Made by a program: the position numbers and the translations under genes
Shown here: positions 47,575-56,753 of the stretch, one piece after another
How the letters are laid out: each line of letters starts with the position of its first letter
How positions within the stretch are numbered: the first letter of the stretch is position 1
Notes under the pieces: model-generated
The model's input: the letters and a program-made list of their open reading frames with translations, nothing else
What the model was told of the DNA's origin: nothing
Databases searched by the model: none
Source of the DNA: Craspedostauros australis
Taxonomy: Eukaryota
NCBI GenBank assembly: GCA_030167865.1
Contig: JALAGF010006284.1
Span: forward strand, 1 to 64,000
DNA length: 64,000 nucleotides
Direction: 5' to 3'

Positions 47575-48180
47575 TCAGTTAAACCCGGCATCCCGCAGAT
47601 TGGAGAAACGATCGCTGGCCGCATCCTTCGACGCTTGCCACGGGCGCTGCCCACCTTCGCAGAACGGCACGACGCGGCACACCAGGTCTCGGACCTGCAG
47701 CTGCTTGCCCAAATTCAGACATTCCTCGCGGCTCCACGTGCCCAGACAGGACATGCCGTTGTCTTGGCAGAACTGCGCGTGATCCGACGCGTCCTCCGTG
47801 GGCATGTCCAGCACGTACTCCAGACTCTGCGTGACGTACGGCACGGTGATCTTGGGCTTGTCGTAGGTCTGGTCCAGCAGCAGGATGTGGAAGGGATCGT
47901 CGATCTCGCGCGATTCGTTGGGGTCGTCCTCGAGGTATTCCAGCGGTCCCTGCTTGCGGATGGCGTCGACCAGGTTCTCATCGGGGTTGCCGAGCAGGTC
48001 CTCGTCGCTGCGTCGCGTCTGTCGCTCGATGTCCTCCTTGGTGGGGGCGTCGATCACCGTGGAGTAGCGTTGCGTTGTGCTCACGCGGAAGGAGGGCCGC
48101 GGTGCGAAGGCGGCCGTCTGGGTCAAGGTGCTGACGAGGCCCAGCGCCAACAGGAGGCAGGCGTTCATTGAGATTTGCAT
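47575..48180 (-). CDS. ClpS-like adaptor protein, plastid-targeted
   Basis: Signal ...TQTAA|FAPRPS (ASAFAP-like); ClpS-core pattern 'FHILLL...VPYVTQSLEYVLDMPTEDA...NGMSCLGTWSREEC...LQVRDLVCRVVP'. Confidence 0.7.
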   Translation of the reverse strand: MQISMNACLLLALGLVSTLTQTAAFAPRPSFRVSTTQRYSTVIDAPTKEDIERQTRRSDEDLLGNPDENLVDAIRKQGPLEYLEDDPNESREIDDPFHILLLDQTYDKPKITVPYVTQSLEYVLDMPTEDASDHAQFCQDNGMSCLGTWSREECLNLGKQLQVRDLVCRVVPFCEGGQRPWQASKDAASDRFSNLRDAGFN

Positions 48181-48756
48181 GTTGCTGAATTACTATTAGA
48201 GTGCTATTGCTATTGCTCTTGTGCTTTGCCACGGAATTGTTTGAGGAACGATTGCAGAGTATAATATGTAGAATATGTGCAATGACAATGTGCAATGACA
48301 ATGTGGATGTCTGTGTCGATCGTCGCACCAAGTATGCGCTGTGCCTACTCTCTGCCTGATTGATCACGTGTGGAGAAGCTGAGAGTGGCAACGAACAAGG
48401 ATGATTGCAGGAGATGCCCAACGAAATGGATTCGCAACAACACGACACACAGATTCTTCTTTGTTGCTCTGCTGGCGTCATCAACACGCAGCTGTCAGCC
48501 TTGTTGCACGATCTTCCTTTGCCACACGTTTGCGCGCTTCGTCAGCAATTCTGTCAGTTTGTCTGGATGACCGGATGTGTCGCCAGAGCGAAATGGAGAA
48601 GACTTCGCATTTCTTAAGTCTAAAAATGAATGTAGATCAAGATTCAAACAATGTCCTTGGCCAATACAACTACAATACGCGATACGTACTCTATTGCATT
48701 GCATTGTATTATATTGTATAATGTAGTCTGAACTCATGGAGCAATCAATATCACCG

Positions 48757-50385
48757 CTACGGCCTCGGCACAGTCTGCTTCTTGGCCGGATCAAAGTAGT
48801 ACATGTCGATGAAGAAACCGTTCTGCCATTTGTGCCAGTGCGTGGCGTCGTTCGGCATGTGCCAATGAAAGCTGAGGTAGGCCGCATTCCAGACGTTGAG
48901 CACGGGAACGTTGAGCTCCTCCATCAGCCGATTCTGCTCGTCGTGAAGGAACCGTGCCGTCGATATGCTGGTGTACTTGACGCGTGCCATGCAGTCGGGC
49001 TTGCAATGAGCGCGTGGCAGCACCGACATGTGGAAGGGTTGGGGCAATTTCCAGAGCAACGTGACCTTGGGGTACGCCTCGCGGTAAAACTCGATGGCCT
49101 CACGGAACATGCGCATGCTGGCGGTGAAGTTGGTGTCTTGCGCGGGGCCCTCGTAGCCATTGATGTCCCAAGCGGCGCTGTTGAGGATCATGGCCACCTT
49201 CTTCGTCGGGTCGTTGGCCAGCTCCAGATCTTCTGCGTGCGTGCGATTCAGCACCTCCGGTACCTTCTCTCTCCATATGTCGTATCGGAAGATCGATCCG
49301 ATGTTTTCATCGACCTTCAGGTTGGGATACTCGAAGAAGTTCTTGCGGCCGTAATACCTGCCACAAAAGTTGTCCAACACGGAATCTCCAAAGCATATGA
49401 CGCGGTCGTACGACGAGAAATCCACAGTTGCCCCGACGCGATTCTCGGAATCCTGAACTTCGGGCGGGTACTCGAACGGTTGGATCTCCGGCGTCGTCAA
49501 GTTGAGCGTGGTGTAGTTGGTGTACATGTACCCTCCGTCGTTCCAATCGTCCTTGGCGGGACGCGTGAGACGACCTATGCCGCACGTGTATTCGTAGTAC
49601 AGCACGAAGGAGCCATGGCCGTACAGCTCCCCGATCGGCTTCTCGAAGGGCGGCTCTTCGAATCGCAGCACGTACGTGCCGTCGTTGTTGTCGTGCACGT
49701 GCGCGGTGGCCGATGGAATGACGCGACCGTACATGGGATTCATCTCCGTGCGTCTGGCATCGTAAAAGACGGGGAAGAACTCATCGCCGCCCATCATCTT
49801 GAGCGTTCCTTTCTCGTCCAGCGATTGGATGACGTATCGAACCGTCGTTCGTTTCGATTCTGTGTCTTCGATCGTCTGGATGTGGAGCTCAAATTGGGCC
49901 GTGGGCACGCAGGTGGCATTCTGCATGAATTCCTCGTATATCTCATCTGTTTTGAATGCGCGTTTCAGGTCCCTGATGGCGGTCTCATCCGGCGCCGATG
50001 GGATTCGAACCATCTCCGACGCGACAAGCCGTTCATTGTCTGCAAGATGCTGCTGCAGTCGTTTTTGTTGCAGACGCTGCCTTTGGCTTGGTGTCAATGC
50101 TTGCGGCAAGACTTTGTGCCTGCGCGGCACTTGCGTTGCATTGGTCACGTCGTCTGCATCATCAGTCGCCGCGACTTCCTTGCTCAACGGGATGTCGTTG
50201 ATAGAAACCTGCAGAGATCCGGCCTTGGTCATGAACACTGTTGCCTTCAGCGGCAGGAACACTCCGCACAGAAAGGCAACGACCAGCGCCGCAGCGACTT
50301 TCAGGTTCCCCCTGGTGTTTTGCTTCTTCTGGGTTGTGCGATGCGGTGGTCGCACACCGACTTTCGATGTTCCATTCGTCGGCAT
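48757..50385 (-). CDS. Type II membrane NXPE/PC-esterase-like SGNH protein (putative glycan O-acyltransferase or esterase)
   Basis: N-terminal TM 'VAAALVVAFLCGVFLPL'; Ig-like 'GGDEF...HVHDNNDGTY'; catalytic 'FGDS' and 'DATH' (DxxH); 'LNSAAWD'. Confidence 0.75.
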   Translation of the reverse strand: MPTNGTSKVGVRPPHRTTQKKQNTRGNLKVAAALVVAFLCGVFLPLKATVFMTKAGSLQVSINDIPLSKEVAATDDADDVTNATQVPRRHKVLPQALTPSQRQRLQQKRLQQHLADNERLVASEMVRIPSAPDETAIRDLKRAFKTDEIYEEFMQNATCVPTAQFELHIQTIEDTESKRTTVRYVIQSLDEKGTLKMMGGDEFFPVFYDARRTEMNPMYGRVIPSATAHVHDNNDGTYVLRFEEPPFEKPIGELYGHGSFVLYYEYTCGIGRLTRPAKDDWNDGGYMYTNYTTLNLTTPEIQPFEYPPEVQDSENRVGATVDFSSYDRVICFGDSVLDNFCGRYYGRKNFFEYPNLKVDENIGSIFRYDIWREKVPEVLNRTHAEDLELANDPTKKVAMILNSAAWDINGYEGPAQDTNFTASMRMFREAIEFYREAYPKVTLLWKLPQPFHMSVLPRAHCKPDCMARVKYTSISTARFLHDEQNRLMEELNVPVLNVWNAAYLSFHWHMPNDATHWHKWQNGFFIDMYYFDPAKKQTVPRP

Positions 50386-50756
50386 CGTTTCGTTTGGTTT
50401 TGAGTCGCAATGGGATGCGCAGGTGGTGTATCGCCCAAGAGTGCTCTGCTCTGTTCTGCTCTGTTATTCTATTGTTCCATTGGAAGTCGAATGTCCTGTC
50501 CAAGTGGCCGCAATGTGAGTGTTGTGAACCGTTGTGCGGCTCTTTGGTGCGTTGGGTGGTGGCGGCCATTGGCACTGTGGCCGTTGACATGACTCGGACA
50601 AACAAGAGCGATGGTCATTGGTCGTGACTCAAACGCGAAAGACCAAACGTGAAAGAAAAGAATCCTCGCAACACAGAACAAGGATTCTCTCTCTTTGTGC
50701 CGGAGAGGAGGCGAACTTCGCGCACCAACGGAACAACCAGAGATCAGATCGTTCTG

Positions 50757-50880
50757 CATGGATCCATTCCATGGATCCGTTCCATGAATCCACAAAAGGA
50801 ACAACACGTCCCAACACACAAACGGAATTGTCGCAACACCACCATCACATTCACACCCACATTCACACCCACATTCACAT
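50757..50880. repeat. Two short tandem repeats in a divergent promoter: 13-bp CATGGATCC[A/G]TTC x~3 (50757-50791) and 12-bp CACATTCACACC x3 (50846-50880)
   Basis: Directly visible between the divergent starts at 50385 and 50907. Confidence 0.75.
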
Positions 50881-50906
50881 CTCTGAACGGTGAACACAGC
50901 GCCAAC

Positions 50907-52352
50907 ATGGGATCCACTCCTTCCGCGCCCGAACCTCCCGCATCCCGCGCACTGTCTCCAACAGCGGCCTCGCCGGATGCAAGTTCTGCCACCGAACAGG
51001 CCGTCCCTCTCGCAGAAATCGAAGTCGCCGATTCCAGGTTCATCGCCTACTGCATGGATTGCCGCGCCCTCGACGACGCCTTCGTCCTCCAGAAGATCCT
51101 CAAGGCCCAGCACCCCGATGCCGCGCATGTGCCCGTCGTGGCACTGAAGCGCCAGCCCGACGTCGTCTGCAAATGGTCCGAAGATGGAGAACCGGAGAAT
51201 TCGGTGCTGCCGGCCATCAAGGCGACGATCTTGGAGCAGCCGGGTGGCGCCATTCTGGCTGTCGGCGTCGTGCGCTACTTTGGAGACCAGCTGCTGGGTG
51301 TCACGTGCGGGCGGCTGTCGCAATGCTACGCTGCGGTGACGCGGTTGGCCTTGCACCGCCAGTTCCATGGCGCGACGACGCCGATGCACTACGATCTCAC
51401 GCAGTCCGCCATCACGAAGGATCTCTACGGAATCGCCGCTGGCGATGCGGAGCTCATCCTCAACGTCATCGAGGAGACCGCGCCCGACACCAGGTTCCTG
51501 CTGGTCTCCAAGCTCATCCACGAGCTCAACTTCGATGGCTTCCAGGGTGCCAAGGGAGAGGAGCTGCCGCGGTTGCAGAACCTGCAAGCTACCTCGCTCG
51601 AGAACGGCGCCATCATTCCCGTGTACCGATACCCCGGCAACTACCAAGGCGACGAGTGGGATACGTTCGATTGGAGCCCCACTACGAAGAGGGTCAAGGC
51701 GCAAGTCGAGAAGCGATTGCAACCGCTCGTGCATCAGACCATGAACCACTGCGTCACCAACTTTTATCGTGATGGCAAGGATCACATCGCACACCACAGC
51801 GACAAGGATCTGGATCTGAATCATGCCAGCGTCATCGTCAGCGTCAGTCTCGGCGACGAGCGCATCCTGGAATTGCGACGCCGTGCCGAACCGCGCGACA
51901 TCACCCGCATCCGCCTGCCGCACGGCTCCATGCTCGTGATGGGACCCAAGACGAACAAGCGCTTCACGCACTCCATCCTGGCCAACGAGGACAGCACGAT
52001 GCCGCGCATCAGCCTCACCCTGCGCAATGTCACCACCTACATGGATCTGCGGACGGGCCGGCTGTTCGGGCAAGGTGTCGAGACCAAGGACGTCGCCGAC
52101 ATTCGGAACATGGAGCTGGTCGAGAACGGTTGCTTCCTTGCCGGGTTCTGCGCGCTGTCCTCCATCCTTCTGTCCAAACGGCGCGCACGCGGACGCGCAT
52201 CGGATGTGCTGGTGGCAGGCGGGGTCACGGGGGCCTTCTTCTGCGGCATGCACTTCTATCGCAACCTGATTGAACGCGTGCGACGTTCGAAGCAGGAACG
52301 CGCCGCACGCGATTTCTTCTCCAAGGCCTCCACGACCGGGACCAAATACTAG
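50907..52352 (+). CDS. Fusion protein: IMPACT/YigZ (UPF0029) domain + AlkB-like 2OG-Fe(II) dioxygenase + C-terminal hydrophobic segments
   Basis: UPF0029: 'DSRFIAY', 'HPDAAH', 'SEDGEP', 'VVRYFGDQLLG...CY'. AlkB: 'NHCVTNFYRDGKDHIAHHSD', 'IVSVSLG', 'LPHGSMLVM', 'FTHSI', 'RISLTLR'. ATG at 50907. Confidence 0.88.
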   Translation: MGSTPSAPEPPASRALSPTAASPDASSATEQAVPLAEIEVADSRFIAYCMDCRALDDAFVLQKILKAQHPDAAHVPVVALKRQPDVVCKWSEDGEPENSVLPAIKATILEQPGGAILAVGVVRYFGDQLLGVTCGRLSQCYAAVTRLALHRQFHGATTPMHYDLTQSAITKDLYGIAAGDAELILNVIEETAPDTRFLLVSKLIHELNFDGFQGAKGEELPRLQNLQATSLENGAIIPVYRYPGNYQGDEWDTFDWSPTTKRVKAQVEKRLQPLVHQTMNHCVTNFYRDGKDHIAHHSDKDLDLNHASVIVSVSLGDERILELRRRAEPRDITRIRLPHGSMLVMGPKTNKRFTHSILANEDSTMPRISLTLRNVTTYMDLRTGRLFGQGVETKDVADIRNMELVENGCFLAGFCALSSILLSKRRARGRASDVLVAGGVTGAFFCGMHFYRNLIERVRRSKQERAARDFFSKASTTGTKY

Positions 52353-53290
52353 ACGACGGAGACTGACAAAGACAGTGATGGATGTTATGCATTATAACAT
52401 CAGAATACATATCTAGGATGTGCGTGAATGTTGGTGGCAGCAGCCATGCGGGCATCAGATAGCCATGTTGGATGAACAACAATGGTAACGACGATGATGA
52501 AATTGTGACCATGTTCTTGTTTCGTGGATTGTCAAAACTCGCGCCAAGACAGCTGAGTCTTAACTGCCAGCTAACGTCACACATACATATAACACGCTTC
52601 TCAACCGTGGTTGACCGGATGACGATTTTGGACTGGCGGGAACAACACCGTGAACAGAAGGGTATTTGCCTCCTGTCGCATTTGTTTGTTTGTTGTTGTT
52701 GTTGATCTTGTTCCAACCAGAGCTGACACAAAACAGGAGCAACACCAACTTCTTGGATGTAAGTTCAGCTATTGCGACGAGCGACGGCGATGGCGATGGC
52801 AATAGTGGGGGGATAGATTGTGCTGTTGTATGAATGACGGTTACCGTATGCTGTCCAGTTCATCGGATGCAACGCATGTACACGGAGTACTTCTTGGATT
52901 GGAGGAATGCGCTCACGTTCTCACGGTTGTTCTACATGCTCTGCACACTCTTTGTCGTCATTTCTCCCATTTCTTGTCATTGCTTTGACTTTGGATTGTT
53001 GCTGCGATGGCTATGGATGGTGCCAACGACGATCGCAACAACAGCAACGACAATCATACTCTATTCCTTCATTCTCATTGGTTCCAGAAGACACGAGGAA
53101 TAACACGGCGCAGCAGATGAGCAGAGCAAACCGAGTCGATCAGGAGAGGATAGTCAATAAATTGAATTGAATTGAATTGAATTCGACACCAGCAATCATC
53201 ATAGCACAGTTGGGTTCCATTGTGAAGACGCAGAGCAGAGCAGAGCATCGCACAACATATCGCAGCATAGCATAGCACATTCAAGACAAA

Positions 53291-54424
53291 ATGGCGCCAG
53301 TCGGAAGACCCATCAAATCGATAACGCGGAATGCAGGATCCCGGGCAAACAGGGTCCAACCAACGCTTCCCTTCGGAATCAAACTCAGCACTTGCCTTGG
53401 CATTGCTGGCCTTGTCATCTTGCGCGCTGTGTACCTGCGACCGGTGCCAGTCTACGATTCCTTTGATTGGGCCGTTGACACTGCGAGCGGTGGTAGCATG
53501 AGAGGCAAACATTTCATGCTGTCAGATACCGACTTCGCTTCGATTGCCACGAGCAGCAGCGCGACGTCCACCAAGAAGGAGGATCTCTGCCTGCAGCGAT
53601 CCTTCCAGCGCCTTTGCAGCGCATACGACACGGACAGCATCATGGTCGATTGCATGCAATCACCGCGTGAGTTCTTTCTGGAGGAGTACAGCGGCTACAA
53701 ACCATCCGAGGAGGAGCTGGAGGCACGCAAAATCATGAAGACCGTCAGCGCGGTGTCCATCGGAGCCGGTCCCAAAGCGAGCGGTCTGTGCAATCATGCC
53801 ACCATAAATTCCAAAACACTGTGCACGGACCGACCGCAGCTCGATCTCTTCTACTTCCAAAGCTGGCTCAGTCTCACCCACTCGGCGAACAACGGTCTCC
53901 GCGTCGTCTTCGCGGAGCACGTGCTGGAGCATTTCGATCCCATCCAGGTCGAGCGCGTTGCCGCAGCCGCCTTCGCCATGATGCGACCAGGAGGAACATT
54001 TCGTGTTGCCGTGCCGGATGGATACAAGCCCAGTCCCAGCTACCAGCAGTACATCCGCGCCGGTGGCACGAGCTCGGGGCATGGTCAGAAGCACATGGTG
54101 GCGTGGACCGTGGACAATCTGTGCCCCATCTTCCAATCGGTCGGCTTCCAAATCGTGCAGAGGGAGCATTACGACTACAAGGGCGATTTCTTCTCCGCCC
54201 CCGATGCCTACGACAAGGATGAAACCATCGGAAAGATCAAACGATCCCAGAAACACGACAAGCGCAACGCGGAGGACTTTGAGGTCAAGACCCAAAATCA
54301 CATGGGTAGATTGTCAAGGGATGATCTCAAGGAGGGCGAGAACGTCTACACCAGCCTGTGGTTCGATGCCGTCAAGCCAAAGGACTGTACAGCGCACATG
54401 GCGGGGTTGGAACAGAGTACGTAG
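53291..54424 (+). CDS. Type II membrane SAM-dependent methyltransferase-like protein (Methyltransf_11-type)
   Basis: TM 'LSTCLGIAGLVILRAVYL'; 'SIGAG', 'VFAEHVLEHF', 'MRPGGTFRVAVPD'. Confidence 0.78.
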   Translation: MAPVGRPIKSITRNAGSRANRVQPTLPFGIKLSTCLGIAGLVILRAVYLRPVPVYDSFDWAVDTASGGSMRGKHFMLSDTDFASIATSSSATSTKKEDLCLQRSFQRLCSAYDTDSIMVDCMQSPREFFLEEYSGYKPSEEELEARKIMKTVSAVSIGAGPKASGLCNHATINSKTLCTDRPQLDLFYFQSWLSLTHSANNGLRVVFAEHVLEHFDPIQVERVAAAAFAMMRPGGTFRVAVPDGYKPSPSYQQYIRAGGTSSGHGQKHMVAWTVDNLCPIFQSVGFQIVQREHYDYKGDFFSAPDAYDKDETIGKIKRSQKHDKRNAEDFEVKTQNHMGRLSRDDLKEGENVYTSLWFDAVKPKDCTAHMAGLEQST

Positions 54425-54578
54425 AGCAATAGTATAGTTCTATATTTCACAATATTACAGAGTATGAAGGAATGTGGCACTCCAAGAGTACTCGCATTAT
54501 TCAGCAACTACCCAGCGACCATTCATACTCCTCTATGAGTACGTGGTAACTGTGTGTTGCAGTCGGACATTCATCATC

Positions 54579-56753
54579 TCATCGCTCCGCGTTGGTCGCT
54601 TCAGGACACATCTCCTCGTACGGCACATTCACTTGCGTCAGCGGGCAGCCGAAGATCAGCTCTTCCATGCGATGATGCGCCCGATGGTAGCCCATCGAAA
54701 CCTCCCAACCGCGCTTGGCGATGTCTTGCCGTTCCTCGTCGTGCTCCAAATAGTACTCGATGTGGCGGGGCAATTCTTGCAAGTCTCGAAAGAACACGAG
54801 GCTCGTCCCATTCTGCAATCCTTTCGGCAGCGACAGCATGACATCCGATAGGACCATCGCACCGGCCGACAGCGCTTCCATCAACCGATAATGATCTTCC
54901 CAATTGTCGCGCCCCGTCACGATCACGATCTTGGCCGACAACGTGGCTTCCGCGTAGGCCGACGAGGCCTCATTGCGTCCCTGTCGACCAGGCGCGCCGG
55001 ACACCGCGGTGATGGTCTGGATCTTGGTGCCCTTGCCAGGCAGCACCGCGCCCTGCAAACGCTTCACGACGATCGTGACGGCGTTGCGGTAGTGGCCGTA
55101 AGCGCTCTTCGTCATGGGCCAGAAATGCGCCACGTCGACGGCATCGCGGATGAGGCTGTAGGGCGGTGGCAGACACACGTCGGCCCGTATCTGTCGGCCA
55201 TTGTAGATCGCGTTCCAATGCGCGGCGGGGTCGTCGGTGCCGTGGAACAGGTCCTGCAGGGACTGCGTTTCTCCCACCGCCGATACGCGGGAGCTAAGGA
55301 TCTGCTTGATCTGCTGGACATGGTCCGTGCGGACGGTGTACGATGTGTGCTTCGTCGGTCCTCCCAACGTGTTCGCGTTCGTTGGCATCTCCACGTAACC
55401 AAGGTTGAGACGCTTCTTCTTTTCATCGTAGGAGCGGTGTCGAATGATCATCCTCGTGGCAGTTCGGATATGCGCTTTGTCCTGAATGCCCTGTTGGATG
55501 GACCGGTCCGTGATGTTGTCATGCACCAATATTTTGTTGTAAAAATTGCCGGCGTAGAACCGATCCGAGTAGTCCACCAGCAGCAGCTTCCAAGGCGAAT
55601 CAACCCCGTCGAACCACAGCTGCTGCAGGAAGGTGTTGTTCGCAAACACCTTTTGGCTGCGTGCGCGGATGACATCCAGGACCCACAGCTCGACGTGCGT
55701 TTCGGCATGCACCGTACAGTTGTTGGGATGATCTCTGTGCTTGTGGATGATGGGTTTGGCCCGCTTCCTCGTGGTCGGTTCCTCCGTCGTGTTGATCCAG
55801 TTCTTCGTGACTAGATTGCACATCTGCACCATCTCCATGAAATTGGACATTTTGATGCCATCGTACATGACGTGGATGCTCTCGCCCTGCATGGGCAACG
55901 CGGTACCGAATGCAACTCGCAGAGGTCGGTACTGCGTGATGCCCGGCGCCGCGATCGGTCCTTCCAGTCGGAAGGCCGAGATGTTGAAGAATGGCTCCGT
56001 TTTGTGGACGCCGCATTTCATAAGTTCCGCAACTGTTTTTGAGGTTGCCGCCAATGGTTTCGTGGTCGTTGATTTCGTGGTGGGCTTTATGGCAACAGGT
56101 TCGATCCTGGCATGGATCGATTGCGCTGATTGCACTGTTTGCGCCGACGTCGCTGTTGAATTGTCGACGCTGCTCAACATGGCAATGGGAGATTTTGGAT
56201 CATCGAGGGGCGGCTCGAAACCAGCAGAGATGTTGCTGGAATCATCCACAGACAGCTGCAGGGTCGTGTAGACTACTCGAATGGTGATGATGAAGCTGGC
56301 TGCGAAGACTATCAGGAACAGCACCGGCTTGCCCTTGGAGGCAGGCCTGCCTTCTTGAGTCGACTTCTGTCGCTGCATCTGCTTCTGCTTGTGCCACTGC
56401 CTTGGCTTGTGCGATTTGTCGTGCCTCTGATGCTCTGCTTCCGACGCAGCAAGCTTCTCCATGCCTCGTTGGCTGCCATTGTCCATGCTCGTATCTCCAT
56501 CTGCATTGGCATCGGCCAATGCCGGACGGCCGCTGGAAACACTCATGGGAAGATAGATGGTCGCCTGTTTCTTTTCTTGTTCTTCTGCTGCTGCTCTGCT
56601 GTTTCTTCCACTACGACTCTCCAGTACTTCATTGACTTCCAAGCAACATCGACATGGGGTATCACCAGCACTTGGATTGTCACCGCCTGTTCTATTGCCT
56701 TGCGAAACAGTTGCGAGTGCATCCGCAAAGTGTGGGAGAGATGGTCTTGGCAT
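54579..56753 (-). CDS. Type II membrane glycosyltransferase (Glyco_trans_1_2 / CgeB-YkvP-like C-terminal domain)
   Basis: TM 'LFLIVFAASFIITIRVVY'; C-terminal 'YRLMEALSAGAMVLSD...LVFFRDLQEL...YYLEHDEERQDIAKRG'. Start uncertain (ATG 56753 or 56546). Confidence 0.8.
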   Translation of the reverse strand: MPRPSLPHFADALATVSQGNRTGGDNPSAGDTPCRCCLEVNEVLESRSGRNSRAAAEEQEKKQATIYLPMSVSSGRPALADANADGDTSMDNGSQRGMEKLAASEAEHQRHDKSHKPRQWHKQKQMQRQKSTQEGRPASKGKPVLFLIVFAASFIITIRVVYTTLQLSVDDSSNISAGFEPPLDDPKSPIAMLSSVDNSTATSAQTVQSAQSIHARIEPVAIKPTTKSTTTKPLAATSKTVAELMKCGVHKTEPFFNISAFRLEGPIAAPGITQYRPLRVAFGTALPMQGESIHVMYDGIKMSNFMEMVQMCNLVTKNWINTTEEPTTRKRAKPIIHKHRDHPNNCTVHAETHVELWVLDVIRARSQKVFANNTFLQQLWFDGVDSPWKLLLVDYSDRFYAGNFYNKILVHDNITDRSIQQGIQDKAHIRTATRMIIRHRSYDEKKKRLNLGYVEMPTNANTLGGPTKHTSYTVRTDHVQQIKQILSSRVSAVGETQSLQDLFHGTDDPAAHWNAIYNGRQIRADVCLPPPYSLIRDAVDVAHFWPMTKSAYGHYRNAVTIVVKRLQGAVLPGKGTKIQTITAVSGAPGRQGRNEASSAYAEATLSAKIVIVTGRDNWEDHYRLMEALSAGAMVLSDVMLSLPKGLQNGTSLVFFRDLQELPRHIEYYLEHDEERQDIAKRGWEVSMGYHRAHHRMEELIFGCPLTQVNVPYEEMCPEATNAER

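Noticed and set aside
50469..52253. 594-aa minus-strand ORF; similar shadows at 48736-50403, 35383-36690, 21846-23165, 29203-30174, 20284-21585
   Set aside because: Each overlaps a well-supported gene in another frame or strand and has no recognisable domain.
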